A stretch of 64,000 nucleotides of DNA, from positions 1-64,000 of the forward strand of contig CAWDML010000015.1 in assembly GCA_963803435.1 (NCBI GenBank). The letters run 5' to 3'. The position numbers were made by a program, and so were the translations under genes. Shown here in pieces: positions 20,350 to 30,253 of this stretch (positions within the stretch are counted from its first letter, which is position 1; each line of letters opens with the position of its first letter). Below the pieces are notes generated by a model. That model made no database searches. It had not been told where the DNA came from and saw only the letters and a list, made by a program, of their open reading frames with translations. Source of the DNA: an uncultured delta proteobacterium (lineage in GTDB: Bacteria > Myxococcota > Kuafuiibacteriia > Kuafuiibacteriales > Kuafuiibacteriaceae).

Positions 20350-21855
20350 ATGTCGGCGAAGCAGGACCTGCGCCGGTTCGTGCCGTCGGTGGATCGAATG
20401 CTCCGGAGCCCGGCGCTCCAGGCGGCGCTCATGCGGAGCCCGCGGTGGGCGGTCCTGGAGGCGGTGCGGACCCAGCTGGAGGCGGTCAGAGCCGGGCCGG
20501 CTCACCCGCCGGCCGAGGACGCCCGCGAGGCCTGGATCGACGCGCTGGCCGCGCGGGCGGCGGCGCGCGTCGACCGCGTCACCGAGTACTCGATCCAGCA
20601 CGTCATCAACGCAACCGGGGTGGTCCTCCACACCAACCTCGGTCGGGCGCCGCTGGCCGAGCGGGCGATCCGGCACGTCGTCGAGACGGCGCGACGCTAC
20701 ACGAATCTGGAGCTCGATCTCGAGAGCGGTGAGCGCGGCTCGCGGTACAGCCATGTCGAGGCCCTGGTGTGCGAGCTGACCGGTGCCGAGGCCGCCATCG
20801 TCGTCAACAACAACGCGGCCGCGGTGGTGCTGGCGCTGACCGCGCTCGCCGACGATCGTGAGGTGATCATCTCGCGGGGCGAGCTGGTGGAGATCGGGGG
20901 CTCGTTCCGCATCCCCGCCATCCTCGAGGAGAGCGGCGCGCGCCTCGTCGAGGTCGGCACCACGAACCGCACGCGCCTCTCTGACTACGAGTCCGCCCTC
21001 ACCGAGCGGACGGCGATGCTCCTCAAGGTGCACGCCAGCAACTACCGGATGATTGGCTTCACCGCGGAGGTGAGCGTCGCCGAGCTGGTGGCGCTGGCCC
21101 GGCCGCGCGGCCTGGTGGTGATGCACGACCTGGGCAGCGGTTGCCTGCTCGATCTGGCCGCGTACGGGCTTCCCCGCGAGCCGACGGTGCGGGAGGTGAT
21201 CCTCGAGGGCGCGGACCTCGTCACCTTCAGCGGCGACAAGCTCCTGGGCGGGCCACAGCTCGGCGTGATCGCCGGTCGGCGCGAGATCGTGGAGCGCCTG
21301 ACGCGGCATCAGCTCCTGCGCGCGCTGCGCGTCGACAAGATGACGCTGGCCGCGTTCGAGGCCACGCTCCGCGTTTATCGCGACGCGCCCGACCCCGCCG
21401 CCGAGATCCCCGCGCTGGCGATGCTGGCGGCGACCCGAGAGTCCCTCGCGATCCGCGCCGAACGCATCGCCGCCCGGCTGGCGAAGGACCTGCCGTCCGC
21501 GTCGATCGCCGTGATCGACGGCAGCTCCCGCGCGGGCGGCGGCTCGCTGCCGGACGCAGAGCTCCCGACCGCCCTAGTCGCGATCGAGGCAAGCGGAGCG
21601 CGCAGCGAGCTCCTGCGAGCGGAGTCGGGTGCGAGGGCTTCGCCCGAGCGGGCCCCGATGGCAAGCGGAGCGCGCAGCGAGCCCCTGCGAGCGGAGCGCC
21701 TCTCGCTGCGATTGCGCCGGGGACGCCCGCCGGTGCTGGTCCGGGTGTTCGACGATCGGGTGGTGATCGATCCGCGGACGGTGTTCGAAGATGAAGAGGA
21801 GGCGCTGGCTCGACGGATCGTCGAGGCAGTCGAGGTGACCGATGACGAAGCGTGA
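20350..21855 (+). CDS. selA: L-seryl-tRNA(Sec) selenium transferase
   Basis: VINATGVVLHTNLGRA, VNNNAAA, SRGELVEIGGSFRIP, FSGDKLLGGPQ, GGGSLP. Confidence 0.96.
   Translation: MSAKQDLRRFVPSVDRMLRSPALQAALMRSPRWAVLEAVRTQLEAVRAGPAHPPAEDAREAWIDALAARAAARVDRVTEYSIQHVINATGVVLHTNLGRAPLAERAIRHVVETARRYTNLELDLESGERGSRYSHVEALVCELTGAEAAIVVNNNAAAVVLALTALADDREVIISRGELVEIGGSFRIPAILEESGARLVEVGTTNRTRLSDYESALTERTAMLLKVHASNYRMIGFTAEVSVAELVALARPRGLVVMHDLGSGCLLDLAAYGLPREPTVREVILEGADLVTFSGDKLLGGPQLGVIAGRREIVERLTRHQLLRALRVDKMTLAAFEATLRVYRDAPDPAAEIPALAMLAATRESLAIRAERIAARLAKDLPSASIAVIDGSSRAGGGSLPDAELPTALVAIEASGARSELLRAESGARASPERAPMASGARSEPLRAERLSLRLRRGRPPVLVRVFDDRVVIDPRTVFEDEEEALARRIVEAVEVTDDEA
21589..21696 (+). repeat. 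72-bp unit plus 36-bp partial unit, in-frame inside selA (same family as the recJ insert)
   Basis: Units start at 21589 and 21661; translate as ASGARSELLRAESGARASPERAPM-ASGARSEPLRAE. Confidence 0.9.
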
Positions 21856-22903
21856 TGACGACGGATTCGAGAGCTCGAGCTTTCAGCTGGCCAAGATGTC
21901 CGCGACGGGCGGTTGAGGCGCAAAGCTCAGCCCGGGTCGGCTGGCAGAGGTTCTCCAGGGTCTGAACGAGCGCGAGGATCCGCGCTTGATCGTCGGGATG
22001 AAGCATCCGGACGATGGGGCCGTGGTGCGCCTCCCGCGGGGCGACCACATCGTGCAGACCGTCGACGTCATCGCGCCGATCGTGAACGACCCGGTGACCT
22101 TCGGCCGCATCGCGTGCGCCAACTCTGTCTCCGATGTCTACGCCATGGGGGGACGGCCCCTCTCGGCCCTCAACATCGCCTGCTTCCCCTCGAAGAAGCT
22201 GCCGCTCTCGGTGCTCCGCTCCATGATGGAGGGCGGCCTGGCCGCGCTCGACGAGATCGACTGCTTTCTGGTGGGTGGCCACGTCGTGGACGACGACGAG
22301 CTCAAGTTCGGCTTCGCCGTCACCGGCTTGATCGACGGCCCGCCCCTCAGCATCGACCGCGCCCGCGCCGGCGATCTCCTGGTGCTGACGAAGCCGCTCG
22401 GAACCGGCGTGGTCAACCAGGCGCTGCGCAAGGACGCCGTCGACGATCGGTCCGACGTCTACCTCGAGGCCCAGCGATCGATGGCTGCCCTCAACGGGCC
22501 TCCGGCCGAGGCTGCCCGCGCCGCCGACGCCTCCGCGGCCACCGACATCACCGGCTTCGGGCTGCTGGGACACTCGGCGCAGTTCGCCCGGGCCTCCGGT
22601 GTGACCTTCGAGATCGAGGCGGACGCAGTGCCGTCTTTCGGCGGCGTGCGAGCGCTCCTGGAGAGGGGCATCGTCGCCGGCCGCGCGAAGGTCAACGCCG
22701 ACGCCTATCGCGAGCGGATTGAAGGTCTCCAGGATCGGCACGCCGGCCTCCTCTTCGATCCCCAGACCTCCGGGGGCCTGCTGGTGCCGATCGCGCCCGA
22801 CCGTCTCGACGACTTCGTGCAGGCACTCGGCAGCTGGCCCTTCGGCGCGCATGTGATCGGGCGGGTTCGAGCCCGCGGTGGGCGCGACGTCGTGATCACC
22901 TGA
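21842..22903 (+). CDS. selD: Selenide, water dikinase (selenoprotein; Sec at TGA 21914-21916)
   Basis: ATG 21842 is in frame through ...MSATGG-UGA-GAKLSP; motifs NSVSDVYAMGG, LTKPLGTG, TDITGFGLLGH, DPQTSGGLL. Confidence 0.92.
21914..21945 (+). promoter_or_regulatory. Candidate bacterial SECIS hairpin
   Basis: cagcc (21928-32) pairs with ggctg (21939-43) around a G-rich loop, just downstream of the UGA. Confidence 0.55.
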
Positions 22904-23306
22904 GCTGGACGTCGTCCACGGCGAGCCCCAGGAGTCGATTCACCGCCGCCAGGTCCTCGCCGGCGTCGCGGACGAGGACACCCATCTGTTGCTGGATCTG
23001 GCTCGCGGTGAGCGCCTGCGGTCCGGTGAGGTGGCGGCGCGCGTCCTGGATGTCGCGCTCCGCGTTGGCCACGTCGCAGAGCTGATCGATCAAGAGCCGG
23101 CGGAGCGCCAGGCCCGAGGTGAGGCGATCGCTGGAGCCGGGCTGCGTCGACTGGAAGTGGGCCGCCAGGGACTCGATGCGAGGATGCCGGGTCAGGGCGC
23201 GATGGAACAGCGACATTGCGGCGTCCATCTGCTGGACGCCGAGGCGAGCCGGGGAGGTCGAGCACGCGCGCTCCGACCGGAGCCTGCGCTCGAAGATGGT
23301 CGTCAT
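22896..23306 (-). CDS. Hypothetical helical protein
   Basis: Fills the gap between selD and the ACAD gene; plausible composition. Confidence 0.5.
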   Translation of the reverse strand: MTTIFERRLRSERACSTSPARLGVQQMDAAMSLFHRALTRHPRIESLAAHFQSTQPGSSDRLTSGLALRRLLIDQLCDVANAERDIQDARRHLTGPQALTASQIQQQMGVLVRDAGEDLAAVNRLLGLAVDDVQLR

Positions 23307-23346
23307 CCCGAGGGAGTATCGGTGAGTCCACACCAATCGTTGCGGG

Positions 23347-24468
23347 TCAGAACAGGGGCAGCCCGGCGACGGCCTTTCCGATGAAGTCGTAGAGTACGTC
23401 GGTGGTGGGCGCCATGATGGTGCCGGCTCGGGCGTCGCGGAAGATCCGTTCGACGCCGACCTCCTTGCGGAAGGCAGCCCCGCCGCAGACGCGCATCGCC
23501 AGATCGAGGACCTCGGTCGAGGTCTCGCCGGCCACCGCCTTGCTCTCCAGCACGCGGAGCATCGCGTCCGCGCGACCCTTCTCCATGGCCTCGAGCGTGT
23601 CCATCAGGAGCGTCCGCGCCATGTCCGCCTGACAGCGCATCCGCGCCAGGTAGCCCCGGATCGTCGGCAGGTCGGCCAGGGTCGCGCCCATGTACTCGTA
23701 CTTCGTCGCCTTCACGTGGCGGGCGGTCCGCGCGACGGCCGACTCCATCAGCCCGACGCTGACGCCCGCGGCCATCACGTTGAAGATGGGCAGCACGACC
23801 TCCATCATGATCTTGAAGCCCTCGCCGTCCTTCCCCAGCATGTTCGCCTCGGGGATGACCGCGTCCTCTGCGGTCACCGGCGCCGAGTCGTTGCCGCGGA
23901 GGCCGAGCCCGTCGAAGGGGGCGGGCGAGCGGAGGCCGGCGGCGTTGCGGGGCACGAGCCACATCGTGCTCGCCTCCGTCCCCGCGAGCGGCTTGCTCGA
24001 CCAGACGAAGGCGGTGGCGTTGTTGGCCGAGGTGACGAAGCTCTTCTGCGCGGTCAGCTTGACGTTCTTGCCCTCGAGGGCGGCGATGCCGACGGGCGCC
24101 CAGAAGTGGCTTCGCGATCCGCTCTCCGAGAACGCGAGCGTGCTGAGGTGACGCCCGGCAGCGATCTCCTTCTTGACCTCGGTGCTTCCGAACTTCTCGA
24201 CGATCGCCGTGCCCGCGTAGTGCATGCACGTGATCATCGCCGTCGAACCGCACGAGCGGGCCAGCCGCTCCACCACCATGGTGGCGGCGCGCGCTCCTTC
24301 GCCCATTCCGCCGACCTCCTTCGACGAGATCAGGCCGAGCAGCCCTGCCTGGGTGAGGGCGTCCATGGCGGCCTTGGGGAAGATGCGCTTGGTGTCGACC
24401 TCGACCGCGCTCTTTTCGGCGATCTCGGCGACGGATTCGAGCTTCTGCAAATATTGGGGTTCTGTCAT
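23347..24468 (-). CDS. Acyl-CoA dehydrogenase family protein
   Basis: LAFSESGS, KSFVTS, GLGLRGNDS, GGAAF...ERIFRDARA. Confidence 0.9.
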   Translation of the reverse strand: MTEPQYLQKLESVAEIAEKSAVEVDTKRIFPKAAMDALTQAGLLGLISSKEVGGMGEGARAATMVVERLARSCGSTAMITCMHYAGTAIVEKFGSTEVKKEIAAGRHLSTLAFSESGSRSHFWAPVGIAALEGKNVKLTAQKSFVTSANNATAFVWSSKPLAGTEASTMWLVPRNAAGLRSPAPFDGLGLRGNDSAPVTAEDAVIPEANMLGKDGEGFKIMMEVVLPIFNVMAAGVSVGLMESAVARTARHVKATKYEYMGATLADLPTIRGYLARMRCQADMARTLLMDTLEAMEKGRADAMLRVLESKAVAGETSTEVLDLAMRVCGGAAFRKEVGVERIFRDARAGTIMAPTTDVLYDFIGKAVAGLPLF

Positions 24469-24481
24469 TTCGACTGGCGTT

Positions 24482-25627
24482 CTAGCGAAACGGCGAGACG
24501 GCGTCGACCATGGCACGCAGCTTTCGTCCCGCGATCTCGGGCGCATTGACAGGACGGTTCGAGAACGACGCGAACCCGCAATCCGGATTGATGAAAAGGC
24601 GTTCCGGTCCATAGAGGGTGAGGGCGCGCTCGAGTGAGCGCCGGAGGGCGTCCGGCCCCTCGACCTCCGGAATCCGTGGGTTCACCACGCCCAGGCCCAG
24701 CTCCTTGTCCGCGAAGCGGATGAGGTCGCCGGCCCGCTCGGTCGCGTACTCGAGCACGAGCTGCTTCACCTTCATGCGCTCGAGCCAGGGCTGCAGCGGA
24801 TGATAGCTCCCGCGGAGCAGCGTCGACTCGTCGGGGCTCCAGTTGCCGCGACACACGTGGACGCCGATCCGCACCGAGTCGAATCCCTCGACGACCTGGT
24901 TCATGAGATCGACGGCGAGCTCCAGCTCCTCGGTCGGATCCTGCTTGGCCGCCAGGACAGCGCACATGAAGGTGCGTGCGCGTCCCTGCGTGAAGACCAG
25001 CTCGGTCAGCACGGGCTCGTCGAGCTGGATGAAGTCGGCGCCGGCCGCGATCAGCTCGCGGATCTCTTCGCGGAGTACGCGCACCACGTCGGCGCCCAGC
25101 TCCTCCTTCGAAGCGTACGCGTCCCGGCTCACCTCCTTGACCCACATGGCGCGTGTCATGAGGTACGGCCCGGGCAGCGGAACCTTGATCGGCTTGTTCG
25201 TGTGCTGCGCGAGGAAGCGTACCTCGTCGACCGCGAGCGGCTTTCTCCGCGAGATGCGACCCACGCAGGTGGCATTGCTGATCGAGAAGGCTGGCACGTC
25301 GAGCGTCTGGAGGATCAGCTCGAAGCCGGCCTTGTCCTCCACGATGTCGAGCATCTGGGCCAGCGTCATCAGCCGGACGCCCTCGAGCTTCTCCGCGACG
25401 AAGGCGAAGAACGAGTCGCGCCGTTGCTCGCCGTCCGTGACGATGTCGACGCCGGCCTCCTCCTGGAGGCGCAGGATCTCGAGGACCGACGCGTCCGCCT
25501 GGGCCTGGAACGCCTCCTCGGAGAGCCGGCCCGCGCGCTTGTTCCGCTGGGCCTCGAGCAGCGATCGGGGGCGCGGCCAGCTCCCCACAGTGGTCACGGG
25601 GATCAGCGGCGCCGGCGTCCTGCTCAT
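24482..25627 (-). CDS. Cobalamin-independent methionine synthase II (single-barrel MetE-like) protein
   Basis: TTVGSWPRP, TDGEQRR, IQLDEP, HVCRGN, NPDCGF. Confidence 0.88.
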   Translation of the reverse strand: MSRTPAPLIPVTTVGSWPRPRSLLEAQRNKRAGRLSEEAFQAQADASVLEILRLQEEAGVDIVTDGEQRRDSFFAFVAEKLEGVRLMTLAQMLDIVEDKAGFELILQTLDVPAFSISNATCVGRISRRKPLAVDEVRFLAQHTNKPIKVPLPGPYLMTRAMWVKEVSRDAYASKEELGADVVRVLREEIRELIAAGADFIQLDEPVLTELVFTQGRARTFMCAVLAAKQDPTEELELAVDLMNQVVEGFDSVRIGVHVCRGNWSPDESTLLRGSYHPLQPWLERMKVKQLVLEYATERAGDLIRFADKELGLGVVNPRIPEVEGPDALRRSLERALTLYGPERLFINPDCGFASFSNRPVNAPEIAGRKLRAMVDAVSPFR

Positions 25628-26427
25628 CGCTCGAAGAATCGGAGGGTCTCGACCGCCCGCGTCAGCGGACCAAAGCCGCTGGTGCGGCCCGGCTCCCACC
25701 GCTTGAGCCCCTCCATATCCATCATCTCCCGGTGGGTCGGATCGTCGTAGCTCATGGAGTAGAGCACGTCGAGCCAGCGCTTCTCTCGGCCGCGGTCGAA
25801 GGACTCCAGCACCGTGAAGACGCAGTGATCGTACGGCTCGGTGGTCGCCAGGATGCGGAGCTCGTCGCCGTTGATCGTTCCGTCCTTGGTCCACGACGAC
25901 CAGTTCAGATCGATCATGCAGCATGCATCGGCCTCACCGTGCTCGAGCGCGCGGAGCGCCTCCAGCTCTCCTCCCACGTGATCGCCGTGCTTGCCGACCA
26001 TCAGATCGAAGCGGCGGACCTCGAGCTCGATGCCCTGGCCGAGCAGGAAGTCGATCGGGATCAGGTGCGCCTGCGGCGAGTCGATCGCCCCCGCGGCGAC
26101 GGTCTTTCCGCCCAGATCGCCGAGCTTCTTCACGCCGCCGTTCGTCCGGACCACGACGTGCGAGACGCGATCGCGGTCGGTGTCCCGCATCGCGATCGCT
26201 CGGCACTTGCCGCTGGTCTTGCGCAGCGCGTCGAGCCAGGCCAGCGGAGAGTTCCACGCCATGTCGACATGGCCGGCCGCCAGCGCGTCCACCATCAGCT
26301 CGTAGTTCGTGTAGAACACGACGTCCATCGGGACGTCCCGCTGCTCGAAGAACTCGCGGATGATGTCCCAGATGACGCTGACCTTGGGGTCGTAGAGCAC
26401 CGCGCCCACGATGATCGGTTTATCCAT
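25624..26427 (-). CDS. PhnD/SsuA-like substrate-binding-fold protein without a signal peptide
   Basis: FYTNYE.MVDAL..G.VDMAWNSP, DLGGKTVAAGAIDS, YDHC. Confidence 0.75.
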   Translation of the reverse strand: MDKPIIVGAVLYDPKVSVIWDIIREFFEQRDVPMDVVFYTNYELMVDALAAGHVDMAWNSPLAWLDALRKTSGKCRAIAMRDTDRDRVSHVVVRTNGGVKKLGDLGGKTVAAGAIDSPQAHLIPIDFLLGQGIELEVRRFDLMVGKHGDHVGGELEALRALEHGEADACCMIDLNWSSWTKDGTINGDELRILATTEPYDHCVFTVLESFDRGREKRWLDVLYSMSYDDPTHREMMDMEGLKRWEPGRTSGFGPLTRAVETLRFFER

Positions 26428-26437
26428 CCTCTCCTCC

Positions 26438-26890
26438 TCACATCACGACGCGCAGCTCGAGCTCGAGCTCGACCGCGCGCTCGAAGGTCTGGATCAGCGG
26501 GGACCGCGCCAGCACGTCTCTCCAGAGGGCGTTGAGCTGCGCATCGTCCTCCAGCGAGCCGAGATAGACCTTGATCGAGACCTTCTTCATGGCTGGAGAT
26601 CCTTCTTCGCCGACCACCGCCAGGTGCGCCAGCGGATTCTCGAGCTCTGCGTGGACGACGGCCTCTATGTCGTCGACTGCGAGCCGCCGGGTGCGCGCCA
26701 GCTTCGCCAGTCCACAGCAGAGATCGGCGCCGAGGGCCCCCAGGACGTGCTCGAGCGCGGTGACCTCGCCGTAGTCGGCGTCGAAGCTGAGCGGCAGCCC
26801 CACCTCGAATCGATGCGTGCGCGCGAAGACGCTGGCGATCTCGCGCCCTCGGGTGCTGACCCGGACGTTCCAGCGATGCGGCTCGAGCAC
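26438..26890 (-). CDS. OsmC-like family protein
   Basis: ALEHVLGALGADLCC...LARSPL..T resembles the OsmC/Ohr fold pattern. Confidence 0.6.
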   Translation of the reverse strand: MLEPHRWNVRVSTRGREIASVFARTHRFEVGLPLSFDADYGEVTALEHVLGALGADLCCGLAKLARTRRLAVDDIEAVVHAELENPLAHLAVVGEEGSPAMKKVSIKVYLGSLEDDAQLNALWRDVLARSPLIQTFERAVELELELRVVM

Positions 26891-27001
26891 ACCGACGGTC
26901 TACCGAACTCGCTCGCGACCGACCAGCCGGATTCAGCGAGGGCGCGCACTCCGAAGTTTCCGCGTGACTCAGGGCGAGAAATCGGTACAGCGTCCGCCCA
27001 C

Positions 27002-28059
27002 GTGGCAGGGCTGACCATCATCGGTTCCGGGCATTACGTCCCAGGGCGGCCAGTGAGCAACGAGGCGCTCACCCGCGTGATGGAAACCGACGACGAGTGG
27101 ATCCGGAAACGTACCGGGATCTCGCAGCGCTACTTCGCGCCCGAGGGGGTCGGCTGCAGCGATCTGGCGTTCGAGGCCTCGAAGCGGGCCCTCGAGTCGG
27201 CCGGGCTCGCCGCCGAAGATCTCGACTACATCATCTTCTGCACGATGACCCCCGACTATCTGTTCCCTGGATCGGGCGGCCTTCTGGGCGCAAAGCTCGG
27301 CATCCCGGGCGTGCCCGCCCTCGACATCCGCCAGCAGTGCTGCGCCATGCCGTTCGCCTTCCAGGTCGCGAACGGGCTCAATGTCTCCGGCGCCGCCGAT
27401 ACGATCCTCGTCGTCGGAGCGGAGGCGCACGCCGGCTTCATGCCCTGGCACGACTGGGAGGTGATCGTCGGTGACGGCTCCAAGCCGGTCAGCCCGGAGG
27501 ACTACGATCGCGCGTCACGCCACCGCGGCCTTGCCATCCTCTTCGGAGACGGCGCCGGCGCGCTGGTCCTGCGTCGGACCGAGAGCGCCGGCCGCGGGAT
27601 GATCGGCGCCGAGGTTCACAGCGACGGTCGCGACGCCAAGCAGATCTACATCGAAGGCGGCGGCTTCCGGCGGCGTCCCTACTGGTCGTCGCAGATGTTC
27701 GAGGACGAGCTTCACATCCCGCAGATGGCCGGCCCCGAGCTCTTCAAGACCGCGCTCACCCGACTCCCGGAGGTCGTACGCTCGCTGTGCAAGAAGCACG
27801 AGGTGTCGCTCGATCAGATCGACTGGTTCATCGCCCACCAGGCCAACGATCGGATCAACCAAGGCGTGCTGCGTGCGCTCGACGTCCCCGCTTCGAAGGT
27901 CCCCTCGAACATCGCGCGCTTCGGTAACACGTCGGGCGCCACCATCCCCATCCTGATGGACGAGCTCCTTCGCGCCGGACGGTCAGGGAGGGCCAGCTGC
28001 TCTGCTTCCTGGCGCTCGGCTCCGGCCTTCACTGGGGCGCCGCGCTGATGCGGCTCTGA
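27002..28059 (+). CDS. 3-oxoacyl-ACP synthase III (FabH-like); one apparent indel near 27980
   Basis: ETDDEWIRKRTGI, catalytic Cys in QQCC, FGDGAGA, HQANDRI, GNTS; GSGLHWGA lies in the shifted frame. Confidence 0.88.
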
Positions 28060-28060
28060 T

Positions 28061-29559
28061 TCACTCGCAGTTGCCGGTCTGGGTCCGCGTCACGGTGTCC
28101 GCGGGCGCGAACGTGCCCGAGGTGCCGTTCCACTGGATCGTCCCCACCGACCACAGGTCGTTGCAGACGATGTTCGGCCGCGAGTAGGTCCCGACGAGCG
28201 TGCCTCCCAGGTAGACCTTGACGCTCGCGTTGGTCGGGCCCAACCGCCGATCGGCATAGTAGTGGACGTAGAGGCTGTACGAGCCGGCCGCGGTCTGGCG
28301 GAGGTTGATCGTCTCCGGACCGAAGCCGTCGATGTCGTCGACGTCGAGGAACGGGTTGTCGCTCTGCACGCCGGTGGTGCCCCAGTCGGGCGCCTTGGAG
28401 GCCCAGAAGCAGTCGTTGTCGAGCGTGAACACGGACCCGCCCGGTCGCACGAGGTGCAGGTCGACGTCGGTGAAGTCCTTGTCCCATTCGAGGCTCACCG
28501 TGACGGCGTTGGCCTCGGGCGGGGGACGCCGACCTCGCCGCTGATCGGGAGGTTGAGCGTCGCGGCGCCCGCTGCGCCGCTGTAGTGGATCTGGAGGCTG
28601 GCGTTGTGCGTGACTGGCAGGCCGTCGGGGCGGAAGTCGATGGCGTAGGTCACCGACTGGTCTGCGGCGACCACTGCGTTCGGCGGCGGTGAGGAGGTGA
28701 GCGCGAAGAACTGCGTGTCCATCGCGAGCTCGCTGCCGGTGATCTGGATCTGGCCGCCGCGCGCGGTGCACGTGATCATCTGCGAGAGGGTCCGGCCGCG
28801 CTCGACGGCGCCGAAGGTCACGGCGGAGGGGTTGCAGAAGAACTGGCCGTCGCCGCCCGCGATCCCCTTCAGCTCGATCGCCACCGGCGTATCGAGCTCG
28901 CTGACACCGACCAGCATGTGGTCCGAGAACGAGCCGACGTGCGTCGGCGTGAAGGACACCGGGAACACGCCGATCACGTCCGGCGTCACGATGAGCGGCC
29001 ATGGCTCGGTCAGGGCGAAGTCGGGACCGCCGGACTCCGGCGTCGCGCTGATCAGCGTCCCCTTCGCGTTGCCGACGTTCTTGAGCGCCACCGTCAATCG
29101 GGTCGTCGAGCCCACCTCCACCGATCCGAAGTCGATCACCGCCGGGTCGACCGTGAACTCGGGGATCATGCGGAAGACTCCCTTGGAGTGGAGCTGCAGC
29201 GGAATGTCGATCTCGCGTGTGTGCACGACGAGCGGCTCGCTCCACTCGGTCTCGGCGATCGATACGAACGACACGTCCAGATCGAGACGGCCACCGCCGG
29301 AGACCACCAGGCCCTCGAGCAGCCCGTTGGGGGCTCGGATCGAGAACGCGCTCGAGCCCTCGACGCTGTCGATCGTGAACGGCGCCTCGCTCGTGTTGAC
29401 CAGCGTGACCGTGAGGGAGCGCGAGAGTCCGATCGGGACCTCGCCGAACTCGAGCATCGGTGGGTCGAAGGCACCGCTCACCTGGAGTCGAACGATGCTC
29501 TCTCCCTCCCCACACCCGGCGACGGCGAGAAGGAGCCCGAAGCAGCAAGCCCTTCGCAT
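28061..29559 (-). CDS. Lipoprotein with Ig-like repeats and a DLHL/GPE domain (paralogue of 13971-15485); indel near 28520
   Basis: Lipobox VAGC; P..LEFG/IDFG repeats; DVDLHLVR...FLDVDDIDGFGPETIN. Confidence 0.75.
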
Positions 29560-29659
29560 GTGGCCGGAGTCCTGCAAGGTGAACACCAAGGAACCTTACC
29601 ACGTGATCCGCCCGCGAAGTGGGGGGCGCGCCCACCAGCCTCCGGTGTAGGACTCGGGT

Positions 29660-30253
29660 TCAGAACTCTCCAGGGCTGACGTCTTCGATCGACTCGCCGG
29701 TCGTGCGGTACAGGCCCGGGGTGCCGTCGTGATCGAGATCGGCCTGCGCTTCGATCGTGAACGTGCTCCCGTCGCTGGTGTAACGGTACTGGTAGTAGTG
29801 GTCGAAGCTCGGCGCGAACTCCAGGTCGGTCCAGGGCGCGCCGCTCCAGAGACGAGCGTCGACTGTGCACTTCGGGTTGCAGGGCTGGGCGGGAACCCAA
29901 CCGGTGTCACCCGTCGGGTACGCGTCGTGCTCGGCGTGGTAGGCCTCCGCGCCCGTCTTGATCGAGAGCAGGCTGACCCGGGCTTCGGACGACTTCGCAC
30001 GGAGCTGGTAGCGGATGAAGTTCGGGATGGCGATGGCGGCGTAGATCGGGATCATCGCGGTCGCGATGCCGCTCGTGATCGTTCCGGCGAGCGCGAGCCC
30101 CTTGCCGCCGATCTGTCCCTCGGAGCCGCTGATCTTCGTCAGGGCGATGATGCCGACGATGAGGCCGATCGGCGCGGTGATGATGCTGCAGAGGCCGATG
30201 ATTCCGAGGACGAGGGAGGCGATCGCGAGGCCGGAGGTCTTCCCGTTGCTCAT
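29660..30253 (-). CDS. DUF4190 domain fused to a type IV pilin-like domain
   Basis: GLAIASLVLGI...GGKGLALAG followed by AAIAIPNFIRYQLRAKSSEA. Confidence 0.8.
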   Translation of the reverse strand: MSNGKTSGLAIASLVLGIIGLCSIITAPIGLIVGIIALTKISGSEGQIGGKGLALAGTITSGIATAMIPIYAAIAIPNFIRYQLRAKSSEARVSLLSIKTGAEAYHAEHDAYPTGDTGWVPAQPCNPKCTVDARLWSGAPWTDLEFAPSFDHYYQYRYTSDGSTFTIEAQADLDHDGTPGLYRTTGESIEDVSPGEF

